Virus record (IMG/VR): IMGVR_UViG_3300044630_002434
Location: 1 to 64,000 of that record
Length of the DNA: 64,000 bases
DNA from: a virus
Strand: one strand, 5' to 3'
Below, piece after piece: positions 30,034 to 39,353 of the stretch (positions are counted from its first letter, which is position 1; every line of letters begins with the position of its first letter). The notes under the pieces are model-generated. The model worked only from the letters and a program-made list of their open reading frames with translations, was not told where the DNA came from and made no database searches. The translations under genes and the position numbers were made by a program.

Positions 30034-30220
30034 TAGAAACCTTTTTCGGTCGGGTTCTACCCTTCAATCGAGTAGACGAGTCACGCAATTCAACGCCTTC
30101 AGCCCACACCGCTTTGCGAGCAGTACGGTAGCAAACATCTAGTTCACTAGCAATTGTTTCAATTGACTTACCTTCTAAATACATTTCGCTTGCTTGCTTA
30201 CTAATTTTCTTTACAATCAT
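30026..30220 (-). CDS. small HTH DNA-binding protein
   Basis: YLEGKSIETIASELDVCYRTARKAV..EGVELR pattern. Confidence 0.7.
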   Translation of the reverse strand: MIVKKISKQASEMYLEGKSIETIASELDVCYRTARKAVWAEGVELRDSSTRLKGRTRPKKVSSE

Positions 30221-30268
30221 TATTTATTTTTCCTTTTCCTTTTCTATGTAAGGGCTTGCCCTACCCCC

Positions 30269-30427
30269 TTAGGGGTAGAGCAAGTCTTTACAACCTTGAG
30301 ACATCTGACTGATATCTACCTTGCACTTGTCTGGTGTAGTTGCGTTATCTACTGCCACGAACACTACGACTAGTAGTACCGCAATAAATAAGTTCCGTAC
30401 AATAACTCCGCGCTTAGTAAGTTTCAT
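30269..30427 (-). CDS. small membrane-anchored protein
   Basis: MKLTKRG plus one TM helix, AAGGAG RBS. Confidence 0.65.
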   Translation of the reverse strand: MKLTKRGVIVRNLFIAVLLVVVFVAVDNATTPDKCKVDISQMSQGCKDLLYP

Positions 30428-30468
30428 CTTGCTCTCCTTTTCGTTGAACCATTCAACTAAAGACAATC

Positions 30469-31413
30469 TTACGCATTAACCTGCACTTTGTCAAACCCAG
30501 ACACGCGAGTCTTTTCATAGACATTAGCCACTACTTCCGCCCAGATAGACGGGGTATGTGTATGAGGTTGGTAGCCTCCAGCACCGCCAATCAATACGCG
30601 CCCTTGCGAGTAAGTATTAGCAATGTCCGCAACTATGTCTGATGCGTATGCGTAGCCATCATAGTCAAATTGCAAACTAGCAAGCGGGTCAGTCTTGTGA
30701 CCATCCGCACCAGTAGCAAGCAACACAACGTCAGGCTTATACCTATCCGCAAGTTCGCGTATCTCATCCATAGCGTTAGCAAACTCCAAGTTTCCAGCAC
30801 CTCTAGGCAATGCCCAGTTGTAAACTGAATTCTTTTCGTCGTGACCACTACGCCCAGTTCCGGGGAATACAGTTCCGTCGTGAATACTCATAGTAGGAAT
30901 GTCGGTGTTGTAAAGCAATGCCTCAACTCCGTCGCCGTGATGAGCATCCCAGTCGATGTAGATAGTCCGCAAACCTGCTTCAGCAAACTTTTTAGCAGAC
31001 CAAGCAATGTCATTAAACACGCAGAAACCACTTGAGTAGTCATAGTTAGCGTGATGCTTTGCGCCTTGAGGATTAAAGCCAACTTGCACTTCTCCAGCAA
31101 TCATCTTCTCAACTAACCGAGCCGTACCTGCAAACATCTTGAGCGCAGTAAGACCAAGTTCTGGTTTAGTTCCTGCCCACTCATTCGATAAGCCAAGTAG
31201 CACTTCTTGAATGTAGGCAGGGTGATGCACTTTGTGTAGTTCTTTAATGTCTGCATCTGTGTATTTGGGTGCAACAATCTTCACGCTATCCTTACCTAAC
31301 TTGTCAATAAGCAAGTCGGCAGCAAGTAATGCGCGTTCTGGATTAGTAGGGTGACCTTCACCTAACTGCCAATCAAGATAATCATTTCCGTATGCAATGT
31401 GTAATTTTGTCAT
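30469..31413 (-). CDS. Zn-dependent histone deacetylase family (AcuC-like) deacylase
   Basis: HPTNPER, HHA, GFCVFND, IDWDAHHGDG, FPGTG, GADGH..DPL, GGY motifs all present. Confidence 0.92.
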   Translation of the reverse strand: MTKLHIAYGNDYLDWQLGEGHPTNPERALLAADLLIDKLGKDSVKIVAPKYTDADIKELHKVHHPAYIQEVLLGLSNEWAGTKPELGLTALKMFAGTARLVEKMIAGEVQVGFNPQGAKHHANYDYSSGFCVFNDIAWSAKKFAEAGLRTIYIDWDAHHGDGVEALLYNTDIPTMSIHDGTVFPGTGRSGHDEKNSVYNWALPRGAGNLEFANAMDEIRELADRYKPDVVLLATGADGHKTDPLASLQFDYDGYAYASDIVADIANTYSQGRVLIGGAGGYQPHTHTPSIWAEVVANVYEKTRVSGFDKVQVNA

Positions 31414-31920
31414 TTAGTCGTTTCCTTTCTCTTCTAAATTTAGTAACCACTTCTCGTAGTCTTTGTTGCAAAGGACAAGAACACTTCTTGTCTTTCGCAG
31501 GTGTGTAATAGTTTCTTCAGCCGTGTAGCCTCTACTGATTAACACTAATGCGCTAACTAATCCAGACCTATTAAGCCCAGACAAGCAACGAATCAAAACA
31601 TTCTTTCCCGCATCAAGTTCGTAGTTTACAAAGTCCACCAAAAATTTCAGTTCTTCTTCGTTAAACTCGGTAACACTTCCGTCTTGAAAGTGTTGCCGAA
31701 ACTCTCTAACGTGCCAATCCACGGGATTACTCCAAGCGTGTAGTGTCACCACGGTATCAAAGTCCTGCTTAGTAATCCGTGGCTCTATCTCTGGCTTGCC
31801 AACAATGTCATCTTCATCAGTACCACCCATAAATAAATTGGGATACACTTCTGTCCATAACTCTTTTGGCATCAGTTCCGCATAAGTTCCGAGTCCTTCT
31901 TCTTTTTCGTATTTCGTCAT
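31414..31920 (-). CDS. dual-specificity protein phosphatase
   Basis: EVYPNLFMG; CX5R loop VLIRCLSGLNRSG; abuts the HDAC gene. Confidence 0.88.
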   Translation of the reverse strand: MTKYEKEEGLGTYAELMPKELWTEVYPNLFMGGTDEDDIVGKPEIEPRITKQDFDTVVTLHAWSNPVDWHVREFRQHFQDGSVTEFNEEELKFLVDFVNYELDAGKNVLIRCLSGLNRSGLVSALVLISRGYTAEETITHLRKTRSVLVLCNKDYEKWLLNLEEKGND

Positions 31921-32025
31921 TTCTTCCTTTCTCCTGAACTATAACAAGTTAATAACCTCTTGTCAAATTGACAGGAAAGAAATAACCCCCGCACCGCAAG
32001 CGGTACAGGGGCTAGACCTTTTAGA

Positions 32026-32184
32026 CTATTCCGCCCAATGATGATTAAGTAGTTCCAACTCATCCGAGTTGTCAGACCACGCTTTCATCCTGATGATGTT
32101 CACTATCTGGTCAAAGGTTAGTTCCTCGTCTGCCTTGTAAGTGATGTTCAAGGTTAAAGGAATCTTTGCTGTGTAGTTTTCCAT
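32026..32184 (-). CDS. hypothetical early protein
   Basis: Cassette promoter at ~32234-32262, GAGGGA RBS. Confidence 0.55.
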   Translation of the reverse strand: MENYTAKIPLTLNITYKADEELTFDQIVNIIRMKAWSDNSDELELLNHHWAE

Positions 32185-32383
32185 TGTCTGGGTTTCCCTC
32201 TTTTCAGTTATACACCAACTTGGTGATAACACCATTCTATCATCTAACCTGACATTTGTCAAACACAAGTATTTACCGCGTGTCTGGTGTCAATTTGCTT
32301 TTTGTCAGGTTAATGTGGTATGCTTATCTTGTAGGACAACGAAGGGTCACACAGAAGAAAGCCTCCCGAAAGGGGGGCTTTCT

Positions 32384-32569
32384 TTATTTGTCTAGAATTC
32401 TAAATACGGGTTCGCAAGGGTCGCCACCCTCTTCAGCGTATTCCTGTTCTTCAGGTGTTAGGTAGTCCCAGCCACTATCGTGTACCGCACAATACTGTTC
32501 GCTAATCCACCCTTTTGTTATACCGAACAGCACCCATTCTGCGCGTTCATCCCATTCTTCGTCTTGCAT
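32384..32569 (-). CDS. small acidic phage protein
   Basis: WVLFGITKGWIS..YCAVHD....EEGGDPC motif. Confidence 0.65.
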   Translation of the reverse strand: MQDEEWDERAEWVLFGITKGWISEQYCAVHDSGWDYLTPEEQEYAEEGGDPCEPVFRILDK

Positions 32570-32587
32570 CTCGACCCCTTAAAAATT

Positions 32588-33148
32588 TCAGTTATCTTTA
32601 TACTGTACCGTAATGTGAATAGTTCCGCCAGTACCTGAATCCAAGTAAGACGAGATAGTTATGGCTTCCTTTAGGTAAGCCTTTGCTTCTTCCACTGTGA
32701 CCTTAGCCCCAACCATTGAATGCAATGCGCCAAGCGCGAATGATGAACCGCTACCAATACCGTAAATACCTGCAACATCTCTTGCCCAGCAGTAGTCGTT
32801 AGCAATTTCATAGACAATCCCATTGACACAAACTATGATGTCAAACTCTTGGTTTCCGTCTTTTGCGTAGCCATTTGTTTCAAAGTAGCCTCTGATTACT
32901 GGAATCAGTTTAGTAGAAACAAACTTATCGAGTTTAACTCCACTCAAGTTCTCCGCATCAGGCAAAGGAATGTCCGCAAGTAAGTTCACAGCCCTTAAAT
33001 CTCCCGCTGCGCCTACGAGATAGTTTCCGTTCTTAGATACTTTCTTTATCCCATTTGGTAAAAGATAGACTCTGTTGTCTGAGGAAATCTGAGAGTCGAA
33101 CCCAACAACCGTGAAACCCTCTCCCTGAATTGCTGCAATAGTTGTCAT
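32588..33148 (-). CDS. Ntn-hydrolase, proteasome-beta/HslV-like protease
   Basis: N-terminal MTTIAA (Thr1 nucleophile), DSQ, conserved Lys, GIGSGS, D..TGG. Confidence 0.85.
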   Translation of the reverse strand: MTTIAAIQGEGFTVVGFDSQISSDNRVYLLPNGIKKVSKNGNYLVGAAGDLRAVNLLADIPLPDAENLSGVKLDKFVSTKLIPVIRGYFETNGYAKDGNQEFDIIVCVNGIVYEIANDYCWARDVAGIYGIGSGSSFALGALHSMVGAKVTVEEAKAYLKEAITISSYLDSGTGGTIHITVQYKDN

Positions 33149-33165
33149 TGGAAAAAATTTCAGTC

Positions 33166-33432
33166 CTAAACTTCGTAGTCAATCGCGTCATCCCAAAGTA
33201 AATCTTTTAGTTCACTTTCGTATTTTGCTGAGTTCCAGCCATTAGTTTTTTCGGAGATGTCTTCCTCATCAACAATTGAATCTAAAGATAATACTGCCGT
33301 GTAGCCGTCATCCTCGAACATAACTATTAACTTGGTGTCATCTCTGTCCGCGTCATCAACAATAGCAACGACAAAGGACTCGCCCATACGATTAACGTGA
33401 TACGCGCTCTGGAGAATTTCTAATCTGCTCAT
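33166..33432 (-). CDS. hypothetical acidic protein
   Basis: 88-aa ORF. Confidence 0.6.
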   Translation of the reverse strand: MSRLEILQSAYHVNRMGESFVVAIVDDADRDDTKLIVMFEDDGYTAVLSLDSIVDEEDISEKTNGWNSAKYESELKDLLWDDAIDYEV

Positions 33433-33469
33433 AGCAAAAACATTACCGCATCCTAAGAGAGGCTATTTT

Positions 33470-33715
33470 TTACTTAGAAACCCTGCCTACATACACGGTA
33501 GTACGCCTATCGCTTAGGCTCACTACCTTGACAATCTTGCTAGTGTTGTCGAGATTAAGTTCTCTAATCAACGCACTAGCCCTTGGGTTATTGACCGTGC
33601 TAAGTTGCTTATGCGCGTAGGCAATCGCCAACCCCAAAGAGGTTTGAGTTCTACTCTCTAGGGGAGGCTTTATTTCCTTGCCCTTAGAGTTCATTAGTGT
33701 TACTGAATACTTCAT
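33470..33715 (-). CDS. hypothetical basic protein (leaderless start)
   Basis: ATG 6 nt after TAGACT -10. Confidence 0.6.
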   Translation of the reverse strand: MKYSVTLMNSKGKEIKPPLESRTQTSLGLAIAYAHKQLSTVNNPRASALIRELNLDNTSKIVKVVSLSDRRTTVYVGRVSK

Positions 33716-33741
33716 ACCTCTAGTCTACCTAAAAATTTCAG

Positions 33742-33989
33742 TTTGTCAAGTTAGTCAAAATACTCTATGACAACCGCGCCCACGAAAGAAACCGCACCAA
33801 TTACTAGAGTTGCGATTAGGTAGGTAGGTGTTATAACTACTGGCTTTAGTAATCCAATAAACATAAGTTGTAGTTCCAGTAATGCCAATGGCAATGAGCC
33901 AATAGCAACATAAGTTAGTACGGCTTGTAAGTTAAATAAAAACATCTTGCTCTCCTTTTCTTTATCGCCCCTTGCGATAACTCTATTAT
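33742..33989. repeat. 248-bp direct repeat, copy 1
   Basis: Identical by inspection to 40198-40445. Confidence 0.93.
33751..33945 (-). CDS. 64-aa two-TM membrane protein, copy 1
   Basis: MFLFNLQAVLTYVAIG...VIEYFD, AAGGAG RBS. Confidence 0.75.
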   Translation of the reverse strand: MFLFNLQAVLTYVAIGSLPLALLELQLMFIGLLKPVVITPTYLIATLVIGAVSFVGAVVIEYFD

Positions 33990-34171
33990 AACATAACTCT
34001 TTTGGCTTGTCAAGCATTACTAAACATACGGCAACATTTGATGAAACCAAGACAAATCGTCTTTAGTAATCTTTCCTAGTTTAAGACCAAGGTAGTAAAG
34101 GTCGGCAACTTTTTTCTTGTAGTTTCTATCCATAAAACTATTATAGAGTATTAACCTGACTTTGTCAAGTT

Positions 34172-34298
34172 AAACGCCAGACGCGCCACCGAAAGGGGTT
34201 AAGGTGACGCGCCTAGCATTTGTGAGTGGGGAGAAAGGGGGGCAACCCCACTCGTATTCGGAGCATAGGGAGAAGGGAGTAAACCCTTGCTCTACGAA
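34172..34298 (-). ncRNA. candidate sRNA with three C-rich (anti-SD) hairpin loops
   Basis: Three consecutive hairpins, no ORF, TGcTAAAGT extended -10 just upstream. Confidence 0.55.
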
Positions 34299-34447
34299 CT
34301 CCTCTACTTTAGCATAAAAAAATTTCAGTTATGCTTCCGTGTCGGAATTTTTAACAATCTCCGCAGACTGACTTGCTCGAAACTTTCTTCGAGTCAAGCC
34401 CAAACCTTTTACCGCATCTCCAGCAGTTAGTAAAGATAGTCACTACT

Positions 34448-34666
34448 TCACTCCCCAATCTCTGGAATGTCGTAGTCATTAAGAGTCTGGCACTTCGGGC
34501 AAGTCCAAACACCGCGACCCCAATCGTCAAAAGATACTTCCTCTTGACCCTCGTACTGGCAAGCAACTTCATCTAAACCAAGTTCGATAGTGCCTAAACA
34601 AACTACTTCAATGTCTGCTGAATCCGCGTAGAATCCTGACCCTCTTAGTGAACCTTCGTAACTCAT
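34448..34666 (-). CDS. small Cys-containing (Zn-ribbon-like) protein
   Basis: WTCPKCQ; promoter, leader hairpin and RBS present. Confidence 0.65.
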   Translation of the reverse strand: MSYEGSLRGSGFYADSADIEVVCLGTIELGLDEVACQYEGQEEVSFDDWGRGVWTCPKCQTLNDYDIPEIGE

Positions 34667-34985
34667 TTTGTTTCCCTTCTTTATCGCCCCTTGCGATAAC
34701 TCTATTATAGCATACTTCTTTTTAAGTTGTCAAGTTATCTAACAACCGTGCCGTTCCAGTCTGACGGTAGTAGGTATTTAGCCTTCAATGAGTCGTGACA
34801 GGTATCTACAACTATCTGACAAACATCATCTATTATGTGTTCGCCTATCCCGTCAAGGTAGGCTCTTAAATTTTCCTGCAACTGTTCTTGCAAATCTTTA
34901 ATGCTCATTTATTTCTCCTTTCATAAAAATAAATAAAAGTTCCCCGACCCTAAATTTCCAAAATTATCTAGGGGCGGGGAATTCT

Positions 34986-35180
34986 TTAGTTGTCGTTAAT
35001 ACCTAGCAAAGCGAAAATTTCATCTTCGTTTAAGACAGTAACCTTTTCTCCACTATCATCAACAATCTTTACGCTAGTCACGCGGTAAGAGTTAGCAACC
35101 AAGTCACGAACTTCTTGCGCCGTGTTAGCGGTAAAACTGTATTCGTTATCTTTCGACTTCATTGTTACGTTGTAAGCCAT
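34986..35180 (-). CDS. hypothetical protein
   Basis: MAYNVT start after AGAAGGGAG RBS. Confidence 0.65.
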   Translation of the reverse strand: MAYNVTMKSKDNEYSFTANTAQEVRDLVANSYRVTSVKIVDDSGEKVTVLNEDEIFALLGINDN

Positions 35181-35194
35181 TTCGTTCTCCCTTC

Positions 35195-35510
35195 TTGGCT
35201 CTACCCTTTCCGCACTTTGCGGAAAAGTTTTCAGTTTATGAAGTAGGTAGGTGGCTCTCTCAACCACCTGTATGCGCTTCCCCACGCTTCCTATTCGGCT
35301 ACCTACTTCAGTTTTGACTGGCGAACTACGCACCGCACTCCAGTTGTAGTTGTCTTATCTAGTGCAAGACCAGTCAAGTCTTAATAAAGTGAGCCTTGGT
35401 CTGCAATCATTGTTAGGTAGTTGTAGTCAGGCTATTTGCCTTTTCCGTTCACTAACGACCCGTTACCCGTTTATCCTCGGCACTCACTTCGTATCTCTAT
35501 TTAGTTATAA
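35195..35510 (-). ncRNA. candidate multi-domain structured RNA or long 5' leader
   Basis: Perfect stems 35239-50/35299-310, 35314-21/35370-77, 35387-93/35483-89; own promoter TTGCGA..TAGACT. Confidence 0.55.
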
Positions 35511-35544
35511 CCCTAGTCTATCATACTAGGTCTGCTTTCGCAAG

Positions 35545-35623
35545 TCCCAAGAGTAGGAATCGAACCTACCGTGCCAAAGCGAGTGATTTACAGTCACCTT
35601 CCCCACCTTGGGGAATCCTTGGG
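35545..35623 (-). tRNA. tRNA-Tyr(GTA), atypical, no encoded CCA
   Basis: Acceptor CCCAAGG/TCTTGGG+A, anticodon arm GGTGA-CTGTAAA-TCACT, T arm GTAGG-TTCGATT-CCTAC, 12-nt variable region. Confidence 0.8.
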
Positions 35624-35976
35624 GTTATTTAATTATGAGTCTAGTTTATCATACTAGTTATCTCTTGTCAAGTTCCTCGATTAGTCTTGTTCGGCGTACA
35701 ACATCTTTGGTACTCCAACCTTGACCAATCTCGGCGCAAGACTGTAAGTAATAATCTAAGTCTTGAATTTCATCGTGAAGTTCATTGACCGTGAGTTCTT
35801 CTACTTGTTTGTTTCTTGTAAGCATCTTTGCCCCTTTCGTTCCTCAAGTCTATAACATCTACCTGACAAATGCAAGTCACGGGGAAAGATAGTTTAACGA
35901 AGGCGGGACTCAGAATAAAAAATTTCAGTTATGCCCAAAAAAGAAACCCGCATTTCTGCGGGCTTCCATTTTTAGA

Positions 35977-36150
35977 TTAGTAGTTTTCGTTCACCCAATC
36001 CACAACGTCTTGCATTGTGTCCGCGCTACGCGCTACCGCTAGAAAGTTCTCATCTTCTAGCAATAGGTGTTCGGAAACCGTAGTTTCTCCCGCAACGAAA
36101 CCTAGTACCACTCTCAAATTTAGAGTTGTCATTAGTTGTCCTGTTGTCAT
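35977..36150 (-). CDS. hypothetical early protein
   Basis: Promoter at 36196, GAGGGG RBS. Confidence 0.6.
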   Translation of the reverse strand: MTTGQLMTTLNLRVVLGFVAGETTVSEHLLLEDENFLAVARSADTMQDVVDWVNENY

Positions 36151-36519
36151 TTTTTCACCCCTCTCCGTGTGATAACACGAGTCTATCATACCTACCTGAC
36201 AATTGCAAGCAAATAAGAAAACCCCCGTATTAACGGGGGCTTTCTCCGTATCGCTTAGGCGTAGATAACCTTAAACACTAAGTCCATAGCGTGACGCTCG
36301 GCATCTGACCAAGCACTTTCACCTCTAAACTTTTTAACTGTCTTGCCATTGACGCGAACGATACCACTCATTGAATCTGACTCAACGGTGATGCCGTGTC
36401 CATAATCTGTAGTTTCCATAACTACCCCTTTCGTTATCTCTATTGTAGCGTATTAACCTGACAAATGCAAGTCATAAAGAAAACCCCCTCCGTAGAGGGG
36501 GCTTTCCAAGGGGTTCGCG

Positions 36520-36828
36520 CTATACGTTGAATAGGTTCTGCACGGCGGTTAATGCTTTTGTATCTTTGCCACCAACGTGCCAACGGTAGTAACCGTAGTT
36601 AATTCCATTTTCGTAGTTCTTCCAATCGTAGATACTCGCGACAAAAACCTCGCCAGTTTCTTCATCTTCAAACTTTAGTAACCATTCTGCCTGTACCTTA
36701 TCTTCGGGGTATCCCGTGTAGTGAGGTTCTCCCAACTTTTCTACAATAGTTGCGTAGGTTGTATTGACGTACCCAACTAATGAAGTTCCGCTTATGTCTA
36801 CAGAATTACTTTTCTCTATAAGTTTCAT
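36520..36828 (-). CDS. conserved phage hypothetical protein
   Basis: GTSLVGY..TTY..IVEKLGEP..DKVQAEW...IYDWK..WHVGG. Confidence 0.75.
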   Translation of the reverse strand: MKLIEKSNSVDISGTSLVGYVNTTYATIVEKLGEPHYTGYPEDKVQAEWLLKFEDEETGEVFVASIYDWKNYENGINYGYYRWHVGGKDTKALTAVQNLFNV

Positions 36829-36984
36829 TTTTTCTCCTTTTCGTGGCATCTCCACTACCTAAAGTAAACCATACAACCTGACCTTTGTCAAGTTGTGCAA
36901 ACTCCCGCGCGTCCCTAAAAAATTTCAGTTTTAAGTTCCCGCGCAAAAAATAATCCGCCCCGTAGGGCGGACCATTTTTGTAGG

Positions 36985-37458
36985 TTAGAATCTGCGAGCG
37001 CAGACTGGACCAATACCGCGAGCAACCGAAACCTCATCAGTTAGTTCACGACCGCAAGCGACACACACGCCAAACTGCAAACCGTAGTCGCAAGCCTGTT
37101 CAAGAGTCATCTTGTCATTAGCCGAGATAGCGCGAATGTAACTAGGGTCATACTGGAATGACCCCCCAACCAATTTGGTTGCGTATGGGCGACCTGACGA
37201 CTGCGAAATTTTAACGCGGTAGACAACGCCCTCCTTAAAGTAAACGCCGACCTCAAGCGCGACAACTGGCGCGGTAGTGCGTGACTCGCGCGGTGCGTAT
37301 GGAAACGACCGCAGGGTGTCAATGAGGGTACTGGCTTCGCGCTTGGATAGCACGGTGATGTCGCCAATGGTGGCGCGGAATGTGTCCGAAACTTCGCGTG
37401 ACGCGAGCAGGGACTGGGCATACGAGATTTGGCTCTCGGTGGCTTGTGTTGTGTTCAT
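36985..37458 (-). CDS. DUF6011-like Zn-finger protein
   Basis: CVACGRELTDEVSVARGIGPVC C-terminus. Confidence 0.8.
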   Translation of the reverse strand: MNTTQATESQISYAQSLLASREVSDTFRATIGDITVLSKREASTLIDTLRSFPYAPRESRTTAPVVALEVGVYFKEGVVYRVKISQSSGRPYATKLVGGSFQYDPSYIRAISANDKMTLEQACDYGLQFGVCVACGRELTDEVSVARGIGPVCARRF

Positions 37459-37640
37459 AGAACAACACTATCAAGTAACCTGACAAAAGTCAAGCGAAGA
37501 ACTCAGAACTATTTTTTCCGGGCTGAGCCTGGCAAAAAGCCTGGCGACAAAACTGAAATTTTTTACCCCGCGCAAAATTAAAAAATTAAAACCAAAAACC
37601 CCCAGCGATTTGCTAGGGGTCATTGGCTAGGGGTTATTCG

Positions 37641-37865
37641 TTAAGCACTTATCTTTTCGCCGAGATAGATTTCTAACTCCGTGCTGTTTTCTCTTGTCTT
37701 TCGGTCTAGAACTTCTTGAACTTCGTCAAGAGATTTTCCAAACTCATACGACACGGTAAGAATTGCAGACAATACGCCGTATTCGTTTGTGTCTAGGCTT
37801 GGGTACTTTGCTATGTGCAAAGCATTGTAAGACTTTAGAAAGTCTTGAGTATTTAGTGTTTTCAC
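37641..37865 (-). CDS. hypothetical early protein
   Basis: GTG start after AAGGAG; promoter at 37924. Confidence 0.6.
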   Translation of the reverse strand: MKTLNTQDFLKSYNALHIAKYPSLDTNEYGVLSAILTVSYEFGKSLDEVQEVLDRKTRENSTELEIYLGEKISA

Positions 37866-37973
37866 TTCATTCTCCTTTTTAGTTGCCCTTTGCAACTTCA
37901 TAAAACAATCATAACACACTTGTCTGACAAATGCAAGTAAGGTGCGCCAGCCGTAGCCAGCGCACCCGTGAAC

Positions 37974-38318
37974 TTAAACGGCTAACCCAAATTCCTTTAG
38001 GAACTCTAATTGCTTTTGGGTGAGTCCAGTAGTTTCGCCCTCTCCGTCATTAGATGTAAGAAATACATCTCCAACGATTATGTCCGTACCAATTCCGTAC
38101 TTGTCCCAGAATAGGTTAGTGGCAATTCTGTTTGGCTCAAGTCCAATTAGTTTGCCTTCCTCGTTTAGCCATAGGTCAATGTCCTCGCCTACAACCGCGC
38201 ACTCAATCCAACCATTGACCGCGTTACGAATTACCTCGTAAGACTCGCCAACTGTGAACTCACGAGTTTCAACTGTGCCATCTACTCCAATGAATAGACC
38301 CTTTGCTTTGTCGCTCAT
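37974..38318 (-). CDS. DUF3846-like protein
   Basis: AVNGWIE...LWLNEEGKLIGLEPNRIAT...DIIVGDV. Confidence 0.8.
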   Translation of the reverse strand: MSDKAKGLFIGVDGTVETREFTVGESYEVIRNAVNGWIECAVVGEDIDLWLNEEGKLIGLEPNRIATNLFWDKYGIGTDIIVGDVFLTSNDGEGETTGLTQKQLEFLKEFGLAV

Positions 38319-38576
38319 CTCTTCCCTTTCTTTGTGGTATTTCCACTAATAGAAATAATACCACATCTCCCTGACATTTGCAAGTTAATTTTTCCGTGTG
38401 GGTTTCCGACCTAAAAAATTTCAGTTATCTAACTCAGCGCAAAAATTATTCTTCTATCGAATCAAAATAGTTGTTCACATCAACGATTGAGCAAGGTTCG
38501 CATTGCTCATAGTCACCATCAAGGCTGAACTTGTCTAGCGCATTACCGCACTCAATGCAAAGTTTTAATTCGTTCA

Positions 38577-38765
38577 TTACGCACCCCCTAATTCAGTTTC
38601 GAACTCGTATAAATCTTCGTCGTGTTCTGGACAGACCGCGTAGTAACCTTTGGTCACATCTTCGAAACTAACTTCAGTCTTGCAACGAGCGCAAACAACG
38701 CTTTCATCTTCGCCTAGTGCTTCTTCCGCACCGCGTAGTAACCATTCATCAAATCCTTGTAGCAC
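38577..38765 (-). CDS. small Cys-containing protein
   Basis: CARC...YYAVCPEHDEDLYEFE. Confidence 0.6.
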   Translation of the reverse strand: MLQGFDEWLLRGAEEALGEDESVVCARCKTEVSFEDVTKGYYAVCPEHDEDLYEFETELGGA

Positions 38766-38872
38766 TTTGCTACCTCCCTTTCTTGTATTTCTATTGTAGC
38801 GCATTAGTCTGACATTTGCAAGTAACCGCGCAAAAAGAAAGAGCGAGCCTTTCGGCTCGCCCCTCCTAGAGT

Positions 38873-39283
38873 TTAGTAACTCGCGTGAGTTCGATTAGAA
38901 CCTAAGTCACTAGCAAGTTCGTAAATGTGGTCAATGTTAATTGTCCGACTCTCGCCCTTGTTGTTGTACGCAGTAGCATCACCCGTAAAGTAGCGATACT
39001 TCTCGTAACCATTAGTAATGATTACCGCGACCCAATCATCTTGCAAGTGACGCTTAAATACATCAGCCCAGTCAATCTCGTCAAACTCTTCTGTTTCGTC
39101 ATTGTAGATTGACCAAATTTCTCCAGAACCATCATCATCATTGTCAAGAAATCCGTAAAGTGTTACGCCATCTTTCTCTTGAGTAATTACCTTTACAGGG
39201 TAGTTCTCAAGTTCTGCTGTAAACGCTTCCGCATCTTTTACCGCAAAGTAGTTGCTTCGCGTCTGTCCGTAGTAATTAGCCAT
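38873..39283 (-). CDS. conserved phage hypothetical protein
   Basis: MANYYGQTRSNYFAVKD..GYEKYRY. Confidence 0.75.
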   Translation of the reverse strand: MANYYGQTRSNYFAVKDAEAFTAELENYPVKVITQEKDGVTLYGFLDNDDDGSGEIWSIYNDETEEFDEIDWADVFKRHLQDDWVAVIITNGYEKYRYFTGDATAYNNKGESRTINIDHIYELASDLGSNRTHASY

Positions 39284-39353
39284 TTGGCTGTCCCTTCCGC
39301 AAGTAAGCCCTTCTCACTCGCTGTATCTATTATTTCTTATTACCTAACATTTG

